Below, one piece after another: positions 12,701 through 24,607 of a stretch of DNA of 64,000 nt. The position numbers and the translations under genes were made by a program. Within the stretch, counting starts at the first letter, position 1, and each line of letters starts with the position of its first letter. Source of the DNA: Amoebophrya sp. A120 (lineage: Eukaryota > Protista > Dinoflagellata); NCBI GenBank assembly GCA_905178155.1, contig CAJINV010000013.1, positions 2,972,158 through 3,036,157 on the forward strand. The letters are read 5' to 3'. The notes under the pieces were generated by a model that was given only the letters and a program-made list of their open reading frames with translations, did not search any database and had not been told where the DNA came from.

Positions 12701-13354
12701 GAAATGGTTTCGGGCACACCGCCTTACTCCGCCATTCCGTCCATTGCTCGGCTGAACGACTTCCAAATTTTGTCCTGGCTCCAAGCTGGCAAGCACATTC
12801 CCCCAGCGCCCGAGAAAATGAACTCCGCTTCGCTCGAATTCCGCGACTTCTGCCAGATGTGCTTGATTTGGGACCACGAACAACGGCCCGATACGAAGTC
12901 GGATTCCTTCCGAAAACATCTGTACCGGAAGCCCGGGTTTCAGGTCGGCAACGAGGACGACAGCGCGGAAATTTACGAGCAGGCGGGCGCGAGCGTGACC
13001 ACCAGCAAAGAGGCGTCGGTGGGTGCGGACGCAAGAATACAGGACAAGAAGTCGTACCACGAGAAGAAGCAGTTTGTGACGGTTTCCGGGTCGAAATTAC
13101 CGATGGATCCGCGGGAATTCTTCGAACAACAGCAACGGAAAATGAACGCACAGCGAGGTGGAGGGTCAGCAACCTCTGCAGCGGGAGGAGATCAGCCGCA
13201 CGGGCTTCCGCCCCCCATGCCGCAGAGGATAAGGCCGCCCCCGCCGGGGCGGCAGTTGGATCCGGGCTATCTGCGTCCGTCCAGCGTGCATAACGTCAGA
13301 AATAACCCAAGCAGGCAACTCCGGTCTACGATGGTGCCAAAAGTCGTGGCCTAG
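6777..13354 (+). CDS. Large protein: N-terminal MGCC acylation motif, TIR-like domain, long disordered region with SH3-like motif, C-terminal MAP3K-like pseudokinase
   Basis: Exons about 6777-6986, 7206-7404, 7673-10367, 10584-12519, 12695-13354. Kinase motifs YSEYIDGG, HGALRASN, DWG, APE, DIWSLGCLLLEMVSGTPPY. TIR-like call rests on IPVVTDRWLSKKATHFELAW and is less certain. Confidence 0.8.
7405..7667. mobile_element. Introner/MITE family A, TSD GGACC
   Basis: Perfect TIR TATCAAATGCAAAAATGTCTGGGTCTGGAAG; GGACC on both sides; frame VTDRWLSK restored; homologous to 57579-57884 in opposite orientation. Confidence 0.94.
10368..10578. mobile_element. Introner/MITE family B, TSD GAGCT
   Basis: TIR core AGAAAAAAGTGTTACAGTTACAC; GAGCT at 10363-10367 and 10579-10583; joins ORFs 7729 and 10573 in frame (PRELIQAS). 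Confidence 0.93.
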
Positions 13355-14185
13355 AAGGCAAGGACTGGAGTTGTCACAGATAATAGACAGTTTCTAGTTT
13401 CTGACTGCGTTTAACGAAAAATATGCGCATTTTGTTTCTGACTGCATGATGAAGTAATTTCACAGAACTGAAGTGCTTGTGCTTTTGCGACTGAGTCGTT
13501 TGTGTTTGGTTGCTGTTATGGAGCAGTACGTGTTCAGACAATCAAAGTCACTCTTGTAAAGGTCCCTCGTGATCTCATGGATCAAAGTTATCGTTTCATC
13601 GCTCCGTGGCCCGTCAGATGAAAGTCGCTGGATGCTGAATGGTTTCGTGAACTCGCTTTGCTTTCCCGATCGCTTTGTCGTAATACGGAGTCGTAGGGTC
13701 CTCGTTGAATTTGAAAACAGGCATATGATACGTCTTCGGGGATGAGTATGTAAAGTCGTGGTAATATGGTAGTGTAATCGTAAAATCGTTCTGAAACTGA
13801 ATCGCATTCGCTCGTCGTCGCTTTCTGATTCGAAGTCGGGAAATTCGTCTGTGGTACTATAGCAATGAAGGTCCTTGCTCGCAGATCATTCTCTTGCCAG
13901 ATGAAATCGTTGCTTCCACGACCATTTTTTGGTTTTTCCTCGAAAGACGAAATAGCAAAAATTTAGACGAAAAGAATAAAAGAAGTTTACAAGTAGTATC
14001 TGCTCCACACGACGAGGTTTTGTCGGAAAAGATGTTTCTCGATCCGAAAGAGCAAGTTGCTCGGCGTGAAGCGACCTGAACTCTAGAGCACGCGATTGCA
14101 AAGCACTTCGAGGAAGGTATAACCGGTACGGGAAAAGGCGATCGGCTGTCTCGAAATCCTATCACGACCCGTCTTCCCCGACCAA

Positions 14186-16531
14186 ATGTCAGTTGGCGGT
14201 TTTCTTCCTGACCCCGATTCCCCGCCGCGCAGCGGCTTTTCGAAGCGCAAGCTCCCGGCAACTCTTCGGCGCTTTGTCAACTGGGTGCAGCTGAAGACGC
14301 AGCAGAAAACCGGGACTATCAGTAGCAGCAACCCGAGTGACTTGATTCCCGGCTGCAGTTTCGGCGAAGGTGGGCTGTACAATGACTTCGGCGGGCAGAC
14401 CTCGAAGCACGAGCCCGCCACGCCCTGGCGGTGCTTCGCGCTGGCGGGCGGAGTGCTGTTTGTCTTCTTTTTCACCTGGTTCTGCTTACTCGGAGGCGGA
14501 GGCGACAGCGACCTGAGCTCGGCGAACCTCGTGGAGGTAGGCGCGAATGGGAAACGGAAAACCTACGGGAGCAGTAGCGGTGCGGCCAGCGAAACGGCGT
14601 TGGATGGTGAGATCATGTCCGAGAGCGAAGGGTTGGTGCTCAGCGCGAGTCCGCGACAAATCTACGCCGCGCCGGCGCCCCGGATCGGCCGGCCAGTAAT
14701 TCCGGAGGGATACAAGGAACAACTGTTTTTGAACAGTGTCAGAGCGGATATGGTAAAGTCGTGTATTAGTTGTGCTGTGCGAGGGTTTGGTATCTTGATC
14801 TTCATCTCATGAATGCTGTTTTATCTTCAACATCATCGGTTCTTGCACGACGGCTTTCGGGCTGATTTGTCTGTTCTATCGACGACGGTCGATCATCAAT
14901 CACATTTCTGAAATTCATACCTGAAATCGTCGTGCACAACCACTTCTCAGTCCCGTATATGGCGTATCACGAACGAGCCGATCATGAAGCTTTCTCTCCT
15001 CGATGCCGTGTGGGCCTTCGACATGCGGGCGGAGTGGCAGGACGCGAAGCTGACCATGATTCCGCCGCCCACCTTTGGCGCAAGTAACAACAAGGCGGGA
15101 AACGGGATCATCGGGGACGCCATGGTGTCCATTGTCTCCGCGTACGCCATGTCCAACCACGCATTTTGCTGGCAACTAGCAGACGAGTACGTGGGCCGCG
15201 CTTTGTCCGTCTACAAGTCCGAGTCCGGCTACCCGCCGTTGGCCATGAACTTCCGGTCCGGAGAGCGGACCATTCGCAAGGGCGCCAGCCCGATCAACGA
15301 AATTAGCGAACTGGCAATGGGGTAAGTGCCGGTCGTTTTCCGCTTTGCCATCTGATGTTCTCCAGCCGTGTTGACAATTTGTGCTACTTGACCCACGCAT
15401 GATAATGCGAGCGTTTCAAATGCCTGAGCCTGTGCCTACACACTAGATTTAGATACCAAAAAATCTCGAACAAATACCATCAGTTTCCTTTCCGCTGGTC
15501 TGCTTCTTCACGGTGAGAACGCCTTTTTGTCAGAGGCGTGGCTCCGGTCGCTCTACACGCTTTCCGGCCTCACCGAAACACACATGCAGAAGGAAGTGGA
15601 GGTGATGCCCTCTCTGTACGAGCTGCTGCCGTCGAAGAACGTGATGGAATGGAAATCCATTTCCCCGCCGAAGCAGAACGAGAGCAGCAAGAAGGTCTTG
15701 AAATTTTACCTGAAATCAGCCACGTTCGACCGCTTGAGCTTCGCGTACTACGACTTCCTGTTGAAGGGAAGCTTGTTTTTGCGGGACGCTTGGGTCGCGC
15801 CTGGGGACCTGATGAACGGGCCGGGGTTGTGGACGAAGCTATTCGTCAAATCGGTCAAGGCACTGAAGCGGGACCGGCTGAAAGTCGCGAGCGACGGACA
15901 GATGCTCTTGATTGACCACAAGGGCGATATGCTGTATGATTCCTGTCAGGTACTACAATAGGAGAGAGTCGAGGCTCAAGTTGATTTCTTGAATGATCTT
16001 TTTTTAGCATCACCACGTTCTTCGATGTTATATTCCTGTTCCACTTGTGACAACTCACTACAGTTCGGCAGTCTGTTCATTCTCGGCGCCAGCAAGTTGA
16101 AGGACGCGATTACGCCGAGGGAACGGGAGGACTGGCTCAACACAGCAAAGGGCGTCGCGGAAACCTGTCACACGATGTTCAAGGCCAACTGCGCGGCGAG
16201 CGCGCAGATCGACCCGCTGACGAGCAAGGTGCGGCTGATCCCGAGCAAGACCGCGAAGGAGCACTGCGTGAACTACGAGATGCCGGCGGAAGCCTGGTTC
16301 CACCTGTACCTCCACACGGGTGACGTGCGCTACAAGATGTGGCTGCAGGACATGTTCCAGCAGGAGGGGTTGCGGCGGACCCCGAAAATGCTCCGGTTTG
16401 CCTACTTTTCCCACCTCCCCTTCGGCTCCGACCTGTTTGAGTACGTGAAAAACTCGGTGGTGTTGAAGTCCGGGCAGCTGATTCGACCCCCAATGACCGG
16501 AATGGCCGCGAAGTCGAATGCGCGGTACTGA
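14186..16531 (+). CDS. Glycoside hydrolase family 47 (alpha-1,2-mannosidase)-like type II membrane protein, divergent
   Basis: Single TM near the N-terminus; SFAYYDFLLKG, QFGSLFILGA, AKGVAETCHTMF, EAWFHLYLHTGDVRYKMW resemble GH47 motifs. GT-AG introns at 14753-14950, 15322-15483, about 15950-16063. Confidence 0.7.
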
Positions 16532-17719
16532 GCTGTGTTTTGTTTTTTGCAAGAACTGAGGGGGTCTAGAAAAAAAAAATAAAAAATCAACCGACAGAGA
16601 AAAGTCCAACCCGCACAGAGAAAACTTCGCAACACATAAAAAACTTCCGTCGTGCAGAGAAAACTTCCCGCGGTGAACATGGTCGCAGAACTAACCTGCA
16701 CGCGAGACACTGGCGCAGCTTCTGCACGCCTACCCTCGCGCGGTCGGCCGGCGTGCGTTTTATTGTTTTTGGAAAAACTCCGCGCCGAGCGGCATCCGTG
16801 GCTGCTTTGCGGCTTCAATACGTAGGCGCGGAGTTCCTTCACGCCTTTGAATGAAGCTAGTCCGTGTGGTGCTGTGGAAGGGTTGGCCGAGGCGGCGCAC
16901 GTGCATCCACAGGGCCGCTAGGCTTCGCCGGGGTGTGCAACCACAAAAGCGCGCGGCGGCGCCTTCAGGCTATTGGGGGCGCGCGCCGTGCTGGCGTGTG
17001 GCAGCGAGCGCGCAGGCCCGCGCGTGCGCAAATTCCTGGCGGGCTGCGTGTGTCCTGCGTGCAGGGCCGGGACATCGCCGCTATTGGCCGAAAAAATTAG
17101 TCCGCGCGCTTCGCGCGCGGTTTCGGCGGGTAACTTTTTCTGCTGGGGCCCGCCCTCCGTCCGCCGGGCCGGCCTACCCGCCCCGCCTTGGCTTTTCTTG
17201 CCGATAGAAAAATCAAACACGAAAAAGCCCCCCGGATTCCCATTTGGGGCGCTTCTCGTTCTCGTCTGGGTTGCAAAAGTTTTTTTAGGTTCGCGCGCTT
17301 TTTGTTGCTACGGCCCCGCCCGGGAAGTGGCGGACGGCAAAAACTGTCTGGGAACCGGATTCGGAGCCGGAAGCCGAGAAAAAACTCCGCGCGCGCTGCG
17401 CGCGCGAGTTAATATGGTTTCTGGTTGCTTAGGGGTAGGGCAGGCCCGTTTGTGCTAGGGCGGAGCTTTTCAAGAATGCCGGGCCCGGTACAGTGTTTCT
17501 CCTTCGCGCTCCTGTTGGGTTTTGCAATTTTGCCGGCGCGCGCCGCGCGCCTGTCTAATCCTTTCCAGGATTAGAAGCAATTTGCGTTGTCGCGCATGTC
17601 CCATGTCCATGCGCGCTCCCACCCACGCCCTTCAAAGGAAGCAAAAGCGGCTGCCTGTGTCGCCGTAGGCCATGCGAAATAATTCTTCGCGCGCGCTGCG
17701 CGCGCGATGCGGGTACCCT

Positions 17720-18065
17720 AATGCCGGCCGAGGCATTTCTACCTGGATTCCGGGCGAGGATGCCGGCTCGGGCCTTTCTGCCTACCTTGATTCTCTCTCA
17801 GTAGAAATGCTGGGCCTTGCATTTCTGCCTTGATTCCCAGTAGAAATGCCGGCTGAGGTGGTATTTCTGCCTGGATTCCCTGTAGGAATGCCAGACCTCC
17901 TGGTATTTCTGCTTCGATTTCCTGTAGGAATGCCAGGCCTGCTGGCATTTCTACTTAAATTTCCTGTAGGGATCTTCGATCTCTGGCACGAATGCCATGG
18001 CGCTTGCGCTTCTAGCTTGATTTCCAGTAGAATTGCCAGCCCTCCTGGCGTTTCTACCTACCTGG
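17720..18065. repeat. About 42-bp degenerate tandem repeat with internal hairpin, abutting assembly gap
   Basis: Units such as CTGTAGGAATGCCAGGCCTGCTGGCATTTCTACTTAAATTTC, about 8 copies. Confidence 0.8.
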
Positions 18066-18522
18066 NNNNNNNNNNNNNNNNNNNNNNNNNNNNNNNNNNN
18101 NNNNNNNNNNNNNNNNNNNNNNNNNNNNNNNNNNNNNNNNNNNNNNNNNNNNNNNNNNNNNNNNNNNNNNNNNNNNNNNNNNNNNNNNNNNNNNNNNNNN
18201 NNNNNNNNNNNNNNNNNNNNNNNNNNNNNNNNNNNNNNNNNNNNNNNNNNNNNNNNNNNNNNNNNNNNNNNNNNNNNNNNNNNNNNNNNNNNNNNNNNNN
18301 NNNNNNNNNNNNNNNNNNNNNNNNNNNNNNNNNNNNNNNNNNNNNNNNNNNNNNNNNNNNNNNNNNNNNNNNNNNNNNNNNNNNNNNNNNNNNNNNNNNN
18401 NNNNNNNNNNNNNNNNNNNNNNNNNNNNNNNNNNNNNNNNNNNNNNNNNNNNNNNNNNNNNNNNNNNNNNNNNNNNNNNNNNNNNNNNNNNNNNNNNNNN
18501 NNNNNNNNNNNNNNNNNNNNNN
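18066..18522. other. Assembly gap (N run)
   Basis: Continuous Ns. Confidence 0.99.
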
Positions 18523-19935
18523 GAGTACGAACTACAGCAAAAAACCCCCTGGGGCAAGCAGGCACAGGAAGATCTCGACTTTTACGGGATCCCGTTCCAA
18601 GTTCTGAAAGACGCCAAGCCCTCGGGCATAGCAGTTCGACAAACACTGGAGAAAAACAGAGCGGCCCAGACCCTGCAGAAGAAGCGACGAGGGGCGCCGG
18701 CAGGGCGACCCAAGACAGCAAAAAGGACCGCAATGGAGGAACAACGACGCGAACGACTGGAACAGCAGCGTGCGGAGAAAGAAGAGCAAGAGCGGAATTT
18801 ATTGCAGCAAATTTCCGGTAAGGTGTGGGAGAGGCGGCCCAGGTCCACCTACAACTACACGGCGCGAAGCGACAACGGCAGCATACTAAATTTTCGAGTA
18901 AGCAGTTTCTACTTCTGCGAGAACTCCGGCATGGAGGAGGCGGCGGTCTGTGGCACAGTGTTCCAGCAAGACCGACAGAGCAAAATCTGGGCCGCCGTTG
19001 ACCCCATGGCCTAAGGGCGAAGAGGAAAAAGAGGAGGAAATCGAGGAGCGATCCTCAGGCAAATAGATAGCAAAACACTGCACATCTAAAAGAGTTCCAT
19101 GAAAAAACGAACACGAATATACTTAGATTAAGCAGAAGTTCAGTCAGTCAGTCAGTCGAGACCCCTGCCCTGACCGGGAGCACTTCAAATTCGTGTGCGA
19201 CAGGCATACTTAATTAGGTCGCTCGTGCAACAGGCTGTGCCTGTGCCGCAGCCGCGAAGAGGTGTTTGTGTACGGCAAATATACAAAAATCACCCATAAC
19301 TGTCAACAGGAAAATCTTCGACCAGCGCCGCCCCGCGCCTGAATCCGACACAGTGGACGATATCCACAGTGATTTTTCTTCCCCCGGCCGCGACGCCATC
19401 ACCAACACCACCGACGACAGTTCCATGCTGCAAAATTACCGGGTCGGGGGATTGCCCGCACGCTCCGGACCTTCGGTGTTCAAAAAGCAGCGACACCGCC
19501 CCTGGGTTGCCTACCCGGTGGAGCCACTGTTTGCGGAGGGACGGCAGAAGTACGGGGTTTTTGTTCAATTTCTTGCAGTAGAAAAAACACTTGCTTCATG
19601 TAAGTAAGTATGATATATCGAGCTGTCCGCAGCGCCACCGTGGTAAGTAATCGTTCCACGGTGTACGAAGATCATATATTACAACCACACATTTCATCAG
19701 GTTCATGTCCAAGGCTCACACGGCGTACACGACGAACTTTCTCGAAGAAGCTGAAGATTGGACGTCAGGGAGGAAAAAGTGGGATGCGAATGAGATCATC
19801 GATAAAGATTTCATCGACTCTTTGACCAATGGCGCCGCGACCAGCAAGGAAAAAGCGCGGATGGCGGCTGCCGCCGAGGAGGCACGGAACAAAGATATGC
19901 GGGCGACTATTGCAAACCGCGGGGCGGCGGTGTGA
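18523..19935 (+). CDS. Hypothetical protein, probably multi-exon, 5' end in gap
   Basis: Open frames with coding-like composition at 18523-19014, about 19310-19555 and about 19701-19935; exon joins uncertain. Confidence 0.4.
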
Positions 19936-20174
19936 GTAGGGCGCGGAGGGCGACGAGCTTGGAATGGGATTGTGGACAATTACTTCTTTAGACTTTTTTT
20001 GTTCTTGTTGAGTTTGCATATTACGGATCCTAGTGATGCGGATAGATTGAAAAGTACAGCAAGGTCGACTTTGTTGACCTTAGGGCTGTTTCAGATGATC
20101 CACCAGTTCGACTGTTAGTTCGACTTCTTTTGACGTTTCCTTGTAAAATTCTCCACTTTGTGATATGAACGTGC

Positions 20175-21523
20175 AAAATGCAAAAGGGGTCAACCCAAAC
20201 TAAGAAGTTTTTTCGCTGTTTGGGCAAAAAAGCTTTTCACTTTCGGCCGTATTTGCTCTCGCCAGGTGCCCCTTCGCCGTGCAATATTGAATGCTGCGAA
20301 CGTATCAAGGCGCTGAAAAATGAATCTGACTGCCGCGCTCTATCTAGGTTGTCGCAGGCTTTGGCCTTGCGCGGTGCTGCAGATGAAGCGCTCCTAGAAG
20401 GTGTCTCAACAGGTGGCGCGCGAACCTATATACCGGCGCAGCTGCTTGGGAGGTTGAGGTGACACACCTCCACCGAGGCGCGCCAACTGTGTTTCTCAAG
20501 GAGCTGGCAGCTGGAGGCGCGCCAGCGTTTGCTAACACTCGAAAATGCTCTGCGCAGAGACCGCGCCGCCCAGTCTGCCGCAAAACAACTCCAGAAAGCA
20601 CCCGCGCGAAATTGCTCCTTGAGAGTGTCCAGGATCATCTCCGGACACAATACAGGTCGCATCCGCATGTGGGAAGGCGCTTATCCTGGCCAGGGGCTCA
20701 CGCCGATCACGGAGCTTGCGCGACACATTGGAGCCGACATTTCTCGCCTCCTTTCCTTCTTCGCCGAATGCCGCTCGAGGAGAAGAAACTTCTGACTTTG
20801 GGGATGTTTTTGCCGGATTTTGCCAAAACTTCGCCAAAAACCCGGATTTTGGCGAAGTTTTGGCAAAATCCGGCAAAAAAATCGCCAAAGTGAGAAGATT
20901 CGTCTCATTGAGCGGCTTTCGGCGAACGGGGAAGGGAGAGGTGAGACCTCTGCTACATCGTGTCGGGCAAGCTCCGGGATGTCCGAACCCCGGGCCAGGA
21001 TTAACCCTTTTCCGCATGTGGATGCACTCTGGCTCGCGTCCGAGAATAGCTCTGGACATTTCCCCGGCAGCCCGCGGAGCAACTCCGCAAGGGAGCTCGC
21101 TGGAGTTGCTTTGCGGTAGATTGGGCTGGCCGGTCTCTGCGAGAGGGCCGGCGCTTCGAAAATCAGATCAGGAGGCTGATGCAACTGCAGCGGCCGTCAC
21201 GCTTGACTTGCTTGAGAGGCACAGCTGGCGCGCCACGAGTGGGATGCGTCATCCCAACCGGCCAGCGAGTTGCGTCTTTAAGTTCCCGCACCACACGCAG
21301 ATGCGCGCTGCAGGATCGCGCCAGCTGTGGCACTGCGCAAGGCCTGCGACCACCTGGAACACGACAATCAGTATTGATTTTGCGCAACCTAACACGCGCA
21401 ACTCGATCCAATATCGCGCGGAGAAGGGGCAGCTGGTGCCGGCAAATGCGCCCGAAAATGAAAAGCTTTTTTGCCCAAACAACGAAAAAACTTCTCTGTT
21501 TAGGTTGACCCCTTTTGCATTTT
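20175..21523. mobile_element. About 1.35-kb non-coding foldback (whole-length imperfect palindrome) flanked by 39-bp direct repeats
   Basis: Ends AAAATGCAAAAGGGGTCAACC / GGTTGACCCCTTTTGCATTTT; perfect 33-bp central stem 20807-20839 / 20847-20879; arms alignable between; TTCTTTTGACGTTTCCTTGTAAAATTCTCCACTTTGTGA at 20125-20163 and 21522-21560. Confidence 0.85.
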
Positions 21524-22654
21524 CTTTTGACGTTTCCTTGTAAAATTCTCCACTTTGTGACGATGGTTCTCTTGTACAATCGAAAGGATATGATTTAGCG
21601 TGTTGAGGAGCCTGTCCTGAATAGTAGCCTGTACATTTCTCTTTATTCACAATTGCGTTTCTAGTCTCTCGACTTCACTTTTTCACTTTACATTGCAATA
21701 TCTACGAAAAATGCCACTTCGCCTGTACATCACAGAAATTTTTGTTGTTTCGTGTTGTATCAAAAAGATATAGCTTCGCTCTCCTGTAGCTGTAGCACGC
21801 ATACCAGTTTCGACGTAATGTAATTATTTGAAGTTTAGCATACTGGAGGTTTTCTAAATTTTTCTCTGAATCATACTACCCGAAATTCATCGCAAGTTTG
21901 TCTTGTAACATGCATCTGCCGTGGCTTTCACGTTTTGCCGCGAACAGTTTAAGATACCTGTAACAAAATTACATTGAGGAAGAGGCCGCGTCAAAATTTT
22001 CGTATACAATTGAACCTAGTTGGCTTGTGATCGGCGCTCTCCTCCTAACTTGAATGAAGTTTCTGCGCAGAACGAGTTTCTTACTTCCGTACTACCTGTA
22101 TTTCTATTTTGACAGAAAAAAGCGACTCATCTGGAAAATTGCACCTGCATTATTGGCACACAAAAGATGACGCTAGATTTTCTATTGTTGATTGGCGTGT
22201 ATACAAGATAGAATCTTCATGCAACGAGCTCGACGAAGGCAAAATAACGCTTTCTGGTGACTTTACAACGTGGTTGCATTTCTGCAACGAGCTGTTGCTG
22301 TATTTGCTTTTAAACGAGCGACGAAAGGGACTTGGGAGAGACTCCGAACCAATCATGAGTAACTTTTGTAATCACGACCAAAGTCTACTATTGAGAGTCA
22401 GAATGAGAGTGAGAGTAAGTCCACGAAGTTCTACCATCGATTTCTTTTTCCCGTTGTTTTTTCACTGCGTTTTTTCTCGTGACAAACAAACAGGCCCTCT
22501 GTGTTTTTTTTGCACCTTTTTTTAGCTCACTAAACTCACGTCGGCTCCTCTCATTCGGAGACCATTCATCTAATTCCGAATTCATAAACTAGAACTACAC
22601 GGGCAAGGAACTTCTAAGTACTCAGCCTGAGGACGGAAGCAAGCTCCGCTTTCC

Positions 22655-24607
22655 ATGGGTCTTGGTCCGTCCGTAAACCACAACGACCCTGGGCTGGTGA
22701 ACATCCAGCCCCGGGGTGGTTGCACCTCCCGACACGGGCAGTATGCGTGCTACAATCCCTGTTCCAAGCCGGAATTCGAGACGGACTACCAACTCGCGGA
22801 CCAGCGGTTGTTTCAGCCCGGCCTGCTCAGCCCGCAGCAGTACCAACACGGGCTGGAAAAGGTGAATAAGAAGGTTTACGCTGGCCACCCCTGGTTGATC
22901 ACCCACCGTTTCTGGTTCGTCCCTCTTCCGTTTTTGATCGCCGGGATCGTGTTTCTGACCATGTACGAAAAAGAGCGGCTGGAGTGCACCGCCGCAAACG
23001 GCACCTGCGATTTAATCGACAATGGGGGTAGTCGGGCGTACGACACGGGGGTAGTCGGGAGCGCGATTCCGGAAACGTTATGGATTGCAAATATGTCTGG
23101 GTCTGGAAGATTCTTACATTTGTCATGCATGTCTGACAAGACTCGAGAATCTGTGATGCATGGGCACGAAGCTGTCCTCTTACCTGTCATGCAAAAACGC
23201 AGTTTGCCATGCGGAACACGCAACATATAGGAGCCCAAAAATTTGTCATGCTTGGCTCCGTATTGCAGTGGAACTCTCATTCACTTTTAGCATTACAAGT
23301 TTCCAGACCCAGACATTTTTACATTTGATAAACGTGTTGTGCCTACTACTGCTGCGAGCGGTCGGACGAGGACCGAATTCGGCTACTGGAGGACGAGGAA
23401 AATAAAGCAGATTCGTCTTCATCATCTCGTCCCTTTGCAGCTGCGTCGACGTGGTCTCTTGCGGAAAATTCGCCATTTATTTCATCCGGCCATTTCAACG
23501 CCCGGAGCCTGGACGCTATTGACGCTCCGAATGCGCAGTGCAAAGTGATTGAGGCAACGGAGAATGCGGAATGTGATTGCAAGAAGAAAGGTAGTGGAAA
23601 AAACAAGGACAAGGAAGTTTGCAGCAAAGACACCAAGATTGTCGGTACTTTGTTTGGCGGAAGTAGTGATGTTTTGGTACGCGGTTTCTTTCTTTGTTTC
23701 CACACTGGAATTGTTGACTCAGCTTGTCATAGTTAAGTACTGGGCCAGGTTTTTGGTACTCCCTACTTTTAAGGAAGTCTTCTTCAACCCTAGGTCCTCA
23801 CAAGCGCGTCGACGCGGTCTGGTGGCCGCTGCTCATTGGTATTTTGCTGATCGTAGGTGCGGTGTTGATACCCATGATTTCGCACTTGCTGGTACGGTGT
23901 AGCGAGGGGAATGCGATCAAGGAGATATTAGAGGAGGAGTGGAACACGGGGAAACCGCAACGCCTGCAGCTACGGTTCGAATACGTGATGGGGGGCAAGC
24001 ATCACGAGACCAACTTGAAAGTGTTACCGCAAGTGAAAAAACTGAGCTAATGGTGCCCCCAATGTGTATTTTTGCGGATGTTGATGTTGATCGACTCTTG
24101 GTACAAGAGTTTTTTCCGCCATGCTCGACGACATGCAACGCAGTCGCTGCTTGTACTTTGGTTTCATTCCTTTCGCTCCTCGCGACGCATAACAGGCTCT
24201 TCATGTTATTCTTCGTCAATTTGTTCTGCTGTGCTGCATGTTGAAAATATTGGACGCTGAGACAGTTTTTTCGGTTTCTGTTTGCATAAGTGTACCTACC
24301 CGTGCAGTACACGCAACAAGGCGTGACGAACTACGGGTACCAGCAGCAAATGCCGAATCAGCAGCAGCAGTACTACCAGCAACCACCGAATGCATACAAC
24401 GAATACGGGGGACCACCAGCAGGACAAGGGAGATACAGCCAGGGTGGTCCCCAGCAGCCGCATGTCGGGCAGTTGATGCAGGGGGTGGACCCGGCGACAG
24501 GGCAGACGAAGTATTTCCGCATGGAGATCGACCCCTCCACCGGGCAGGGGGTTCCGCGGGAAATCAGCGAAACCGAGGCCAAACGGGCGTTCCAGGCGGC
24601 GGGATGA
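22655..24607 (+). CDS. Hypothetical two-TM membrane protein with Cys-rich loop and Q/G/Y/P-rich tail
   Basis: Exons about 22655-23078, 23336-23676, 23793-24024, 24294-24607; two hydrophobic segments; introner junctions join in frame after removal; the middle GT-AG junction is approximate. Confidence 0.7.
23079..23330. mobile_element. Introner/MITE family A, TSD AACGT
   Basis: Family A TIRs; AACGT at 23074-23078 and 23331-23335; frame PETCCAYYCC restored. Confidence 0.93.
24025..24288. mobile_element. Aged introner (B-like), TSD AGTGT
   Basis: TA ends, residual IR GAAAAAACTG / CAGTTTTTTC, AGTGT on both sides; frame NLKVYLPVQY restored. Confidence 0.78.

Noticed and set aside
17720-18065. CRISPR array
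   Set aside because: Units are contiguous and degenerate with no unique spacers, there are no cas genes, and the context is eukaryotic.
17846-18821. Long ORFs spanning the N run
   Set aside because: Artefacts of translating through the gap.
20178-21650. ORFs within the foldback as a transposase or other protein
   Set aside because: No recognisable motifs; similar peptides on both strands simply reflect the palindrome. I saw no transposase anywhere in the window.
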